Of a stretch of DNA of 64,000 bases, positions 1 through 12,238 are shown piece by piece (positions within the stretch are counted from its first letter, which is position 1; every line of letters starts with the position of its first letter). A program made the position numbers and the translations under genes. The DNA comes from Cystobasidiomycetes sp. EMM_F5 (Eukaryota): assembly GCA_051047955.1 (NCBI GenBank), contig JBPGPT010000017.1, positions 124,001 to 188,000 on the forward strand, read 5' to 3'. The notes under the pieces were generated by a model. The model ran no database searches. It saw only the letters and a program-made list of their open reading frames with translations, and was not told the DNA's origin.

Positions 1-58
1 GGATTCGCTCCGTCCATACTCTACGCGTAATGCAAGCTGAGTGGTCGAAAGTAAACAG

Positions 59-3000
59 ATGTCGATGCCAAACTCGGGGCTTTGCACGAGTTGGAAACAA
101 GCTTGCTTGCTGCCGTCGAAGATATCCCGAATATCGATATAGATGCCTTGCGCCCTGCCGTGGTCGTCGTCAAGTCGGCCTTGAAAACGGCTAATGCTCG
201 CGTGCATATATCGGGTTTGTCGACCGCAAACGCACTGCTCTCGGCCGTGGAAGCAGGACACCATGCAAAAAAAGAGGGCTTTCACAGCATTACTGCATCC
301 GCCATTTCCACTCTGGTGCCAGCCCCCGGAATTCTCGCTTCCCTTGCTGATCCCAAAGATGCTACGCGTCAATTAGCCTGCCAGATTCTCGTACAGGCTG
401 GAAAATGCGCGGCAGAGTCGAGCATCGGGTCACATCCCGACGGCCCCAATAGTTCCCTGCTTTCTGAAGTCGACCAACTTGTCAAAGAGCAAGCGTTTGG
501 AAGCAAGAACGCGCGAGCGAGAGAGCAGGTATGGAATAACTAGCCGATATCTACAATAGTTGACATACGTTCTATGTTATGCAGGCGCTAATTTATCTTT
601 CCACCCTGAGACGCTCTTACCCCAATCTCCCATTGAAGACATGGACACCTATCCTTGTCGCAACGCTCGAGGATGGCGACACAGTCGTTCGCGAGGTTGC
701 CAGAGATGCCATCGTGGACATATATACGATGCCGACAGTACCCGCTGCCGCCAAAGCTGATCTGAAGAAAGAGATCATCAAGCAAGGTGTCCGGCGGACT
801 ACTAGCGATTCCATCATCAAAAGAGTACTTGGCGGGTCGGCTCTAACAACGGGCCTGCCTCGTCCTTCAAGTTCGAGCACGATCGGCTCAACGGACACAG
901 AGGGTGACACTAGCCGCGCATCATCGTTTGCAGAAGGAAGTGCAGGGCCCTCCAAAGTCTCAAATACATCCCGAACCTCGGGTAGTAATGGCATTACACC
1001 GAAGCCGGCTGGTCGCGGAGATCGCCTACTGAAACAGCCCAAGAACCTCACGCAAGAGGAGATACTGGCTCAAATAGACCGGGATGCCGCCGCCGCTGCG
1101 CCGCCGCCATCGACTGTAGAGACCAACAACACAGTCTCGCCAGTATACATCGCTTCTCCCAGAGATCTGGACCAAGAAGTTGTGGCCATGTGTACTTGCT
1201 TCGAGGGCAAAGAAAGCGAGCACAACTGGCAAGCTCGCGAGAAAGCTATTTATAAATTACGAGGATTTTTGGTCGGCAATGCGCCCAAAGAGTTCGCAGG
1301 AGAATTATTACACGCGGTGAAAACTCTCTCTGAGGGTGTCGTGAAGGCTGTGAGTATCACGATTGCATATCAAACGTCGCTGACCTCCATGTCTCTCCAG
1401 TTGGTCAGTTTACGAACAACCCTAGCCATTGCGACGTGTAGCTTGTTGTCAGAGTCAACGGCAACTCTTGGTGTCGCACTGAGCAGTCTTTACGATCCGT
1501 TCTTCACAGCGCTTATTGGCTTAGCGCCGCTGACCAAGAAAGCCGTCGCCAAGGCCTCACAAGAAGCGGCCGATCAATGGATACGATATTGCGGCTATCA
1601 AGTACGAATCTTCGCTCTGTGACCAAAGCTGATGATACTTACGCAAGCTGCTTCATATAGGGCAAGATGCTCCCGTTATTATCGGCTGGCATGGAGCAGA
1701 AAACTGCACAAGCGAGAGTCTATATCGCCAAGCATATCCTCGTCTACGTGCAGATTCATGCTGACCGCAGCAGAAACCAGCTAGAAGCCTCGGGCGGTCG
1801 ATCCGTGCTTGAGCAGGTTCTACGCAAGGGGCTGACCGACTCTAACACAAATGTTCGGGAGACCTTTCGCTCAATCTACACTGAATTGACGAGGATGTGG
1901 CCGGCGATCTCGACCGCTGTTCATGACTCAGCAGATGCTGCACTTCGGCGGCAGCTCGACAAGCACTTGGCTGACCATGCTGCTTCAGCGAGCGCCAACG
2001 GCGCCAAACAATCTACGAAATCTATCACAGCGGCAGCGAGTGTACCCCGTCAGTCTATTCGGGACCTGATAACTTCTCGCCGTGCAGCATCTGCCTCTAA
2101 CGTACCTACCGTCGCTTCGCCTGGCTTGACTTCCGCATCCACTTCTCCCTCAACAACACCCTATATGCGACGTCAATCATCGGCAGCCTCAATTTCTCCA
2201 TCCACTTCGCGGTCTCGTGGCATAGGTTCCGCTTCCCCACCTCAGCGCAGATCACCGCTATACGGCGACGGGCGCCGCGCATCCGCTTCTTCCTCTGCCG
2301 AGCTTCTGCAAAATCCGTCCAATCGTGCACGGTCGCTATCAGGTAGCTCGAACGGAAGTGCGAAAACAGCCTCAATTAAATCATCGCCTTTGCGACCGGC
2401 ACCTTCGACCAGCAGTGATCGCTCCTTAAGAGGGCTCAGTCAAATAGCGCCAAGCAGGCAAGTCCAGCATCAGACTCGGCCGCCTACTCCACCGTCCCCA
2501 ACATTGTCTGCGCTTGGGCAGGACTATTCGGATGCCGAGAACTACACCTTCAACATAGCCAATACCGTCCCACTACCGCATGATACGTCATCCGAAGACG
2601 AGAGTCTGGATGTGAGCGCACAGGAAAACAACTGGATTTGGGCAGAGGAGTCGTATGAGGACACCTCTGGACATGCGATGCTGCGAGACTTGAGCGACGT
2701 TGGAGTACCCGACAGCTATATCAGAAACCACGCTGAACAAGCAGAGCAGACAGCTTACCGCCTTCTTCAGCAAATTGAGCCAGATATTGATGACGGAAAC
2801 GCTACTATAATGCTGGAGGATTTGGATGCACCCGGATCCACTGACCCTGGTGACAGTATGACAAAGCTGGGCGGATCGAATCTCAGTCCAACCCCTGAGA
2901 GTCGGTCTCACACGGTGCCGCCTACTGTCATCACGCCTTTGCTGCAGAGAATGCAGGATTTGCATCTGAAGGACAGTCCTGCATTAAGGCTTCGCAAACA

Positions 3001-4056
3001 ATCGAATGCAGAAGAACCATCATGGTGGCAGATCAAAGCAGACTGTGAGCTCAAACATCACATGGTCATACCGCATGGCTGAAACACGCATGTTATAGTA
3101 CAGGTTGCCAATGCTGAGCCATATACACGAACCCAGGGACAGGATGTGGAGCAGGATGTCGAAAGTGATCTCGAAGCAGCTGAGGCTGGTCATATTACCT
3201 CGCCACGATTGCTCAAACTGGCTCGCATCAGTCTTGATCGTCCCTGCTTGACAGATGATGCCTCGTCATCTAACGTTGCATTTTGGACTCGAGATGGTCT
3301 ATTTACTAGACTCTTAACGTGTACCTGTAAAGTGCTTGGAAATACGAACGGGAGCAATGAAAAAGCAGAAGAATACCTCATCTTGCTCAAAAATCTGGTA
3401 TCGTATCAAAGTGCATTAGTCCAAGGGCGTGAGGTGGAAATCTTCGGAGTACTGCTATCCACTCGTCAACGAACTGTTCATAGTGTGAGTTCACGCGTTG
3501 ATCTGCATTCGGATGCTGAGCAGCTCCATTCGCAGGTGTCAGAGGGCGCGCAAGCTGTTTTGAAGCTCTTCGTCGCAAGACTAGACGTGGTTTATGCTCT
3601 TTCGGGGCTGCGTCTAAGCCTTGTCGACGCGCTAGCAAAGAACAGCGTCCTCGATGAAGGCTCTGCTCAAGCGTACGCGATGGCTCTGCGAGTCGTCAGC
3701 AATCTTTTAAGTCAACTGCCATCTGAAGTGAGTTTTCCGATTCTGCATAACGAAGCTTTTCGCCGGCTAAGTACTATGTCAGGTGCTAGAAGATGAGCTC
3801 GAAAACTACAAAGGCCTCATTCTCGGCGTAAGTACTGATCGCATGAGCACACCCTGCCTTTCTCTGACCATACTTTCATCAGGCATTGAATAACACGACT
3901 TTCCCTTATCTGCGCAAAGCGGCAACAGCCGCTCTGGTACAGTCGCATTCAGTTACGCAAGACGACGAGCGCTTATTCAAAATCATGGATGGCCTTACCA
4001 AATCTCAGAGGACGTTCATTGGTTATTTGTTCAAACAGGAGCAAGCAAAGAATTAA
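59..4056 (+). CDS. STU1: CLASP/Stu1-family microtubule-associated HEAT/TOG-repeat protein (5' end lies upstream of the window; multi-exon)
   Basis: ORFs 82-543, 579-1622, 1667-3082 and 3146-3796 are joined by GT-AG introns. CLASP-N-like motifs: FEGKESEHNWQAREKAI, SLRTTLAIATC, KGLTDSNTNVRE, LEDGDTVVREVARDAIV. Ser/Arg-rich linker and helical C-terminus; stop TAA at 4054-4056. Confidence 0.85.
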
Positions 4057-4237
4057 TTGGTGACTTACGGAGAGCGAGCTGAAGTCTGTTGTCATTGTTT
4101 CCGCTCTTGTAAGACCGGGAGAATGCGAATACATGGATTTTGCCGCTTGCCCATATGCATGAGTGTTGTGACGTAGCGTCTCGCCTGCCATACTCGGGAG
4201 CCTCCCAACCCACTCTGCGGAGGAAGTCGTGGGAAAC

Positions 4238-5525
4238 ATGACCAACAATCCGTTTGCACTGCCTACGCAGGAATCATTGGCAGCCAGCCGCTTTCCCGCA
4301 GTTGATGTGCCGCAGAGCAGCTCTTTCGGGTATGGGCAGCAGCAGCAGCAACAACCTATGCAGCAGCAGTACAGCGGCTACGGCCAACCATCGTACGCAC
4401 AGCAGCAGCCACAGCAAGGAACGATGTACTCGCAGCCTTCTGGCAGCATGCAATACCAGCAGCCGCAAGCTACGGGCGCCTTCCAGCCGCAGAGCAGCTT
4501 CGGGCAATATCTACAATCTCAAGGCGGTACAGTCAACTTTGGTGTCCCGCAAAGCTCACAGTACAGCGGGAGTATGGCGCATCAAGCTGGGAGTTCAGCC
4601 TTCTATACCGCTCAACCACAACCTCTGAATAACCAGCACGTCGCTGATTTAGACCCATACTCGGGCCGATATGGTCAGCAACAACAGCAGCCACAGCAGC
4701 AGCAATATGGATATGCACCCTCTCCGCAACCTCCTCAACAGCAACAGCAACAACAACCTTCATTCAGCCAGAATCAGCAACCTCCGCAAGAGAACTTTGG
4801 AGAGCACCCTAGACATTTTATGCGCGCAAACGCTTCTGTGCTAGAAACATGGGACAAGACTGCTTGGGCAAGGGTCAGAGCCTTGCTCAGCCAGCTCGAA
4901 AAATCGTGGGAAAGCCGCAAACGGTCCGTAATGGAGTGGCAAACATGGAACCTTGGAAGTGACGACCGAGACGAAGTAGAAAAACTGCGCAAGGAAGCAG
5001 ACAACAACATCGACGTTATTGCTGCTTACACAATACAGATAAAGGAGGTGTTTGAAAATTATGTAGGTTGGCACCGGATGCGTAAAAGCGGATCAATCGG
5101 AGTGCTGACAATATATCTGTAGCGTCATTCTTCCGACCAGAGTTCGCGAGCACAAGTCAAGCAAGCAATGAATTTGGGCCTATCAAGTCTCCCGGACTGG
5201 TGCGTCTCCCACCTGCATCTCTTTGGGAGATCAGTGTACTGATTAGCCATGCAGGCCAGCAACCCTTTCTCCTCCTCCAAAGCTCGCTGATAATCAGCCT
5301 GGCCGAACTAGCCTTTTCGATCCCGCTCCGCAGCAGCAGCAGCAGCAGCAACCTCAGCAATTCTACCAACAATCAGGATACCAACAACAGCAACAGCCGA
5401 TGTATGCACAACAAACTGGCTACCCTCAGCAGCAGCAACCGCAACAGCAGCAAATGATGTATGCCTATGCGCAGCAGCCGATGAACACAGGCTATGGACA
5501 GCAGGGAATGTATCGGCCGTACTGA
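4238..5525 (+). CDS. Gln-rich hypothetical protein with N-terminal NPF motif and a helical core (3 exons)
   Basis: ATG at 4238 (MTNNPF). Q/Y/G/S-rich repeats flank a helical segment HPRHFMRANASVLETWDKTAW. Introns near 5063 and 5200; last exon ends MYRPY*. Confidence 0.65.
5331..5350 (+). repeat. Coding (CAG)n polyglutamine microsatellite
   Basis: CAGCAGCAGCAGCAGCAGCA run in the last exon of the Gln-rich gene; shorter CAG/CAA runs at about 4336-4353 and 4676-4760. Confidence 0.7.
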
Positions 5526-5806
5526 CTAATGCCCATCTTGTATTCTTACAGTATGTTCTTGTTGTCACTCAATTCCGCGATTACAATCTAGACGTGAAGC
5601 AGCAGGTCGCATACTTCTAACGCGTCCTCCAGATGCGGGGATTCGCCTTCGGCTGGCTGCTCCGCTTGCCATGAACGGTTGCAATACCGCATCTGAATCT
5701 GAAGGTGCCATTCGCCGATCACATTGATTTCGGCGATAAAGTTTTGTTACTGCAGGACGCTGCCTGCTTCTTATTGCAAGCAGTACAGTAGCGTGACTAG
5801 ACAACT

Positions 5807-8800
5807 ATGGCTCGACAAGCTGCTGCAACTAAACGCGGAGCTGCCGAAACTGCGGCAAGTCAGGCAAAACGCTCGCGGGTTTCAGCGGCGTATCCAGCCG
5901 CCACTTCCAACGGTCAGAAAGGTGAGCGTGCTGTCCTGTCAGCTTGCTTCTGCGCTCGCTGGTGTTTTATCCTTACACCGCCCCCTGTTTTTTGTAGCCG
6001 TTTCCTTTGACAAGCCAATTGCGATTCTTGAGAAAGCAGTTGTTGCGAAATCTTCCGCAACTTTTGTGTACGATAGCTGGCCAACGTATGCTGCTTTTCC
6101 AGCTGGGGACAATGTCTACAAGCTAGAGGCCCGGCAAGGAGCTGGCGTCTTCTTGAAGGGTTTCGTCTCGAATTTTGCAGCGACATCGGGAGCCATCAGT
6201 ATTCTTGCAACACCTGGATCACTTAATCTTTTGGCTGGAGTGTTGGCGGAGGTTTCGACTTCCAGCCGGTCTATCGTTGTCCATGTGGCTGCAAACTCAT
6301 CGAATATCGCCGATCTCTACGAAGCTTTACAGCTCGTAACTTTCGCGTCTCAAGGCTACCAAGGTGATATCGTTTTCTCTGGAGGACAAGGGGCTAGTCA
6401 AATCATACAGACCGCCAGTGCCGCGTATGCTCAAACGGGCAAAACCATCATCCACGTCTTTGACGACGTCCAAGCTGGCCAAGAGTATACTCTTCTACCT
6501 CAAATCGATGGCGCTGCCAGTCCTGTAGAACCAGCCACGTATAGCGGTCCATCAGCACCGTCTGCTGTTATAGTCCTACCGTCTTCCGCTCACTCGGCCT
6601 CCGCGACCGCTGCATTGGCAGGGCTTGCAGGGACTACCGCTTCTGGCAATGTTGGCATTGTGACCGTTAATGCAATTCGGGGCGAGTCTTTCGGCGACGA
6701 TGTTGCTGGCGTGCTTCCGGCGTCTGTGCAGACTTTGTTCGCTCCCGTTTCTACCACATCAATTGATGAGTCCGCTTCGTGGTTCTACGACAACGTCTTG
6801 AGTTCAGTAACGGGAACTGGCAAGTTGGCTGGCTTAATTCAGCCGCTTTCTGTAGTTCAGTCGTGGACTGTTCACGAATGGGCGGCTACCCTCGTTCGTG
6901 TAGCATCACCGAGCTCGTCCAAGGCGTTTGAGTTGGCGAAAGTCAAGTCACTTTTGCCGTCTAATAGCAAATTGGCAATCTTTTGGTCATCCGATGTTGG
7001 CGCTTCTGCAAAAGTGCCATTGTCCGTCGCAAGATCTTTTGCGAGCTCAGCCGACTCATCTGAGGGTGGTGTAACGCCGAGACTGCTGGAGACTTTCGAC
7101 AATCTCGCTGGTGGCAAGAGCTTGGCAGGTTTAGGCGTCAAGAGCTCCGACCTGTTGCTGTCGCCATCGAATTCGACAGAGTCTGCGGACGTCTCATTGT
7201 CGGCTATCAGCCTCTCAGCTGAACCGGGCCTGATTTTCATCTCCGCGCCGCAGTTCATTCTGCCTTCGTACAACGCCATCGAGCGTGCCGGAAAGGATAC
7301 GCAAATTGTCTTCTCTTCGGCTTGGGCTCCCGAGGAGTATGCTGAGAAGTTGCCGCGACATGAAAAGAACAAGCTTATTGGTATGACCGGTCTCTACACG
7401 ATCAACTCTGACACCGTTGCCAAAGACGCAGGCGTACCTGGCGAGGAAGGTGTATCAACAGTCGAGCAGATTGCTTTCTGGCTGCGATACTTACCAGAAA
7501 ATGACAGTAGCCACATCAAGTCGCTGTTGAGTACTGCTGTGCCTGCGGAGATTATCGACCAAGTCGTCTCAGCTACCAAAGCCGGGTTATTGCGCATCGA
7601 TCTTACCAACAGCGAGATGGATGTCGACGAGGAAGATGCTGCCAGACCCGATCATCAGCTGGCTCCTGGCGAAGCGGATTCTAGCATCATCTCACACCCA
7701 ACCTTCATTCCCGTTGCCAAGGCTGGATTTGGTCCTAATGGCTTCAAATCGATCGCGGACCCGGCTGCTGTGTCCGCGAGTTCCAATATTGTTGCCAAGC
7801 AGCTGCTTTACCCCGAAGCTTACGATTCTCACGTTGATGCCGAGGAGTCTATGCGACCCGATCTTCCTGAGAAGAACTACATCATCACGGTTACGGAGAA
7901 CCGCAGGCTCACTCCCCTAGACTATGACCGTAACGTCTTCCATATGGAGTTCAGCACGGCGGGAACGGGACTGAAGTATGCTGTCGGCGAAGCTCTCGGC
8001 ATTCATGGACTGAACGATGAGCAAGAAGTACATGACTTCATCAACTGGTATGGACTGAACCCAGATGATGTCGTATCCTATCCGTCCCTGGCCAATCCCA
8101 ACCAGTACGAAAACAGAACGATCTTCCAGCTATGCCAGCAGAACCTCGATCTTTTTGGCAAGCCTCCCAAGTCATTCTTCGAGGCTTTGATTAAGTATGC
8201 CACGACACGGGAGGAAAAACGCCATCTGCGCTTCTTGTCAAGTGCCGAAGGCGCTTCCAGCTTCAAAAAGTGGTCAGAGCTTGACACTGTAACTTATGTT
8301 GATGTCCTCAAAGCCTTCCCAAGTGCCAAAGCAAATTTCAAGATCGGCGACATTGTGCGAGAAGTCGCACCAATCAAGCCAAGACACTACTCTATTGCCA
8401 GCTCCCAGAATGCTGTCGGCGATAGCGTTCATTTGCTGATTGTGACGGTCGACTGGGAGACTCCGAGCGGCATCAAGCGGTATGGCCAATGCACACGTTA
8501 CCTCGTGGGCCTGCCCGTAGGCGCTAAGGTGATGGTGTCTGTGAAACCTTCCGTTATGAAACTACCTCCCCGCGACAGCCAGCCAGTGATTATGGCTGGT
8601 CTTGGTACGGGGGCTGCGCCTTTCCGTGCTTTCATGCAAGAGCGGGCTTGGCAAAAATCGCAGGGCATCGACGTCGGTCCTTTACTCTACTATTTCGGTG
8701 CCCGTTATCGCCATGCAGAGTACCTCTATGGAGAAGAGATCGAGGCGTATGTCCGCGACAGTGTCATTACCCAGACGGGATTGGCTTTCTCACGAGATAC

Positions 8801-9142
8801 GAAACACAAAGTAAGCCGACTTTTGCCGCATCATATATCATCACTGCTGAGCCTCTTTTGCAGGTCTACATCCAATCAAAGATTGCAGCTGACAGCAAAC
8901 TCATCGCCGACTCTCTCGATGAGGGAGTCTTCTATCTATGTGGTCCAACATGGCCCGTTGGCGATATCTATAAGGCGCTCACGGACGCTTTGGTCGAACA
9001 TCGCGGCAAGACTATTCAGGAAGCAGAGGCCCACATCGAAGAGCTCAAGGAGGAGGAACGCTACGTTTTGGAAGTTTATGTAAGCTCAGTACGGGCATTC
9101 TGTCTACAGACAACTGATGATGCCGCTTGGTGTTTACAGTGA
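5807..9142 (+). CDS. MET10: Sulfite reductase (NADPH) flavoprotein alpha subunit
   Basis: FNR-type FAD/NADPH motifs: ENRRLTPLDYDRNVFH, PRHYSIASS, GQCTRYL, MAGLGTGAAPFR, YFGAR, FYLCGPTWP, ending RYVLEVY. Introns at about 5922-5997, 8811-8863 and 9080-9139. Confidence 0.95.
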
Positions 9143-9275
9143 GCGCAAGGCTTTGACACCATGCCTGATAGAGGATACGCATACGTTCATAGTAGCGAGG
9201 ACTGTATTACAGCCATTTTCTGTATCGACTTGTACTTAGACGCTTGCCAGTATACCTCGAGAACTCCTTTCAGCG

Positions 9276-9885
9276 TCAAAAATCGCAGAGACTGAGAGCA
9301 GATGCAGAAATTCGCTTCGCCTTGCGTGCCCGTCCGCGCTCGTCTCCACAGGCTGCGAAGCCCTCGTCGTCGGCATCGCAATCGATGTCATCGTCTACTA
9401 CCCCGCGGACAATGCTTCGTGAACAATCTGGCAATTGTGGAGAAGTTGTCCGACTATTTGCTGTTGTAGTCGCAAAGCGTCCAATGATGCGTATCTTGCG
9501 CTCTGCGGGAGTTGCAGAGGCTGTGCCGGAGGGACGGGGACCTGAAAATAAGCAATCAATCCAAAGTCAGTCAGCAATGGGGCTGTATATCATGCGCTGA
9601 GTACGACTCACGCCACGCAATCTCGGACGTGCTGGCTGATCGTCGGTGCTTGCTGAAGCGATGTGTCCGGTGACCCAATTTTGCGCATAGCGCATTGACA
9701 TCTAGAGTGTCTTGGCTGCCTTTACCAGGACGGTCCGTGACTGGAGTGCTCTCTGACTGTGCATCATCAGCGGGATCATCTATAGTCTGTATACTCAAGC
9801 CGAATCGAAGCGGAATATTGGGAGTAGGGTGAATGAGCACTGGTGATCCTGGCTGCGAGAACGAGGTTGACATGAAGTCAGTCAT
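9276..9885 (-). CDS. Hypothetical low-complexity protein (2 exons)
   Basis: MTDFMSTSFSQPGSP... spliced over an intron near 9542-9603 (GCTGAC branch, TTTCAG acceptor) to an open second exon ending SLCDF*. No recognisable domain. Confidence 0.5.
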
Positions 9886-10284
9886 TGTGATGGATGTAGG
9901 TTTGGGGTTCCTGATTGGCTGATCTGGTTTTGCTAGAAGGCCGGTGAGAGTCTGAGCAAGCAATTGCGAGGTCGAGCGAGACATATCCATTTTCCGTCCT
10001 AGGCAGACACAGCAGGTCTTGCACAGCTCGCATAGCCACATGTAACCTAACACCGAAAGTCCGCTAGCCGTTGCTTCTGTATCCAAGTAGCTCGCGCTTG
10101 CTTCAAACCTTTGTGCGCTTAGGATGGATCCCAGCCGTGAAATGACGCACTAATCAACGTGTCGGTGTCCGTCCCATAGAAAAGCCGTCTGGACGCCGGT
10201 GTAGACCCGGTGACTGTTGCTCGCCAAACATCCACGTCGTTTGTAGAATTACTGTTGCCTGCGGACAGTGCTGAGGTATACAGC

Positions 10285-10864
10285 ATGGCTCACTTTGCAG
10301 CCTTCACCTCCCGGACGTTTACAGAGCCAGCGTCCAGGTCTGATCTACGCATTATGACCACTGCACACTCCGCCTGTGAGATCGAGAATTGCACATTATC
10401 GCCGGCGGGAACCGGCCCTTACGGCAGCTTGTGAGTCTAAGCTCTTCTATATGACGAGCGCACTTTGAATCTCTGTGCGCGCGGTCTTCAGCTGTTTTCA
10501 ACATTCTCGAGCCGTCTCGTCTCTGCTTGATAGCTCTTTCACAGTCACGCAAGGCGTCCCGGATCAGCTTCTTGCACAAAGAATGCGCCTAATGACAGCT
10601 ATAGTATCAGCTCAGGGAGCTCATGATCAAACAGACGCGGAACAGGAGACAGTTTCTTTAGCCGACGATTGGCTAGTTCAGCCGGGTTCATCACTGGGAA
10701 CCGCTCTCGATGCTTTAGGCGACGATTTGGACAGCATCAACGGCGACGAAGAACAGGATCCAGCATTCCCGCAGACTTTGACGGCTGCCAAAAGCCTGCC
10801 GAGCTCATTTCCGCTGCACGGCCGATCTAGATTAGAACCTGTTTTCGAGAGTGACGAGGAATAG
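10285..10864 (+). CDS. Hypothetical acidic protein (2 exons)
   Basis: MAHFAAF... is joined by a GTGAGT...CTTCAG intron in frame to ORF 10475-10864, ending PVFESDEE*. Confidence 0.5.
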
Positions 10865-11111
10865 GACGATAGACGAAAAGACAATGGCAGTCACAGCCCT
10901 CGGCGTTAGTTCATGTCAGTTATGTTGCGCATTTCTGTCGCTGTAACCGTCTCGTCATCAGTCGTCGAATCCCAAGTCGAAAGCCAAGCCCAAGTGTCTC
11001 CGCGATGTGCTGCCGGCGACGTAATCGAGCAGGTTTGATTTCGTGCAAACTCAAAGTCCAGCGCAGCTTGCTTCTCACTCAAAAGCGACAGCGTATACAA
11101 CATTCAACAAT

Positions 11112-11967
11112 ATGACATTCCAGCCGCCCAGACCCATCCCAGACACGCAGGATGTCGAAGCCCGTCACTTCGACGATATCTCAGAAATCGATGCTCTTCA
11201 GAATTACAGCGACTTCAATCCCCTTCCACCTTCTGAGCGCACGAGAATACTGAACCGTCAGGGCACGACCCTCAGCGAGGCCGATGCTGCTTCAGTCTCT
11301 GGCTCTGGTCGCAAGATCGTCGCTGCGCTAGATTTCAGATACGACGAGCACGTCAATGTGAGCGCAACGCAGAGGCATAAGTGGCAGAAAAGCTGACAAG
11401 TATTCCGCATGCGTAGGCCGTCAACACCCAAGCCAAAGCAGCGGCCAAATCGGGCGATACTGTCGTGCTATTCAACGTACTCGGCAAGTCGTAAGTACAG
11501 CAGTGCACGCCATAACGGGCGCGCTTACTGAAGAATCATCATACTTCAAGCTCCGACACCGCTGGATTACAAGAAATGCGCTCCAACTCGGATGCGCGCC
11601 TTGCCCAAATATCGAAGATCAGCAATGATTATCCTGAAGGCGTTGAAGTGCTCACGCATCTCGTTCACGGTCGACCCGAGAAGGAGCTACTCAAGTGTGT
11701 CGCTACTCATGTACGTTGCTCTTTCCTGGCGGTTATTCGTGAAGTGTTACTTACGTTATTCCTTCTCCGCAATACAGCACGCCAATTTGATCATTCTGGG
11801 TAAACGAAACCTTAGCACGCTGAAGAAGATCGCTTCAACGTGCGTTTATTGTGTCCTCTTCAGGTCTGCGAAGTTGACTGTCATGCTGACTTCCTCGCAT
11901 ACACAGGTCTGTATCTGATACCATCATCAAGAATGCAAATTGCTCTGTTCTGATCGCGAGACCGTGA
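11112..11967 (+). CDS. Universal stress protein (USP) domain protein (multi-exon)
   Basis: Spliced product has the USP pattern: RKIVAALD ... VHGRPEKELL ... ANLIILGKR ... SVSDTIIKNANCSVLIAR. Confidence 0.8.
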
Positions 11968-12238
11968 AAGCAGAACATAGTAACCGTAAAATTCATAGCG
12001 TCTGGAATACGAGGCATTCGGATAACATCAAGAAGATATGGTGATATACCAATATGTGTTGCCCGTCCACAGCAGCCATGTAAATAGAGCAGAGCAAGCA
12101 AAGTCAGAGTGATGTCCGTACATTCGCAAACTATACGTAAGCAAAGATGCTAGAGGTAGGTATCGTCGCCTGATGAGCAGTCGAACAATCTGCCGTTCGA
12201 AAGTTAACTCCTTTGGCACCGAGGCAAACGCCAGCGCA

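Noticed and set aside
5724..5997. Extended N-terminus of the 1119-aa ORF starting at a non-ATG codon
   Set aside because: Read-through of leader and intron; ATG 5807 plus a GTGAGC...TTGTAG intron gives a coherent start.
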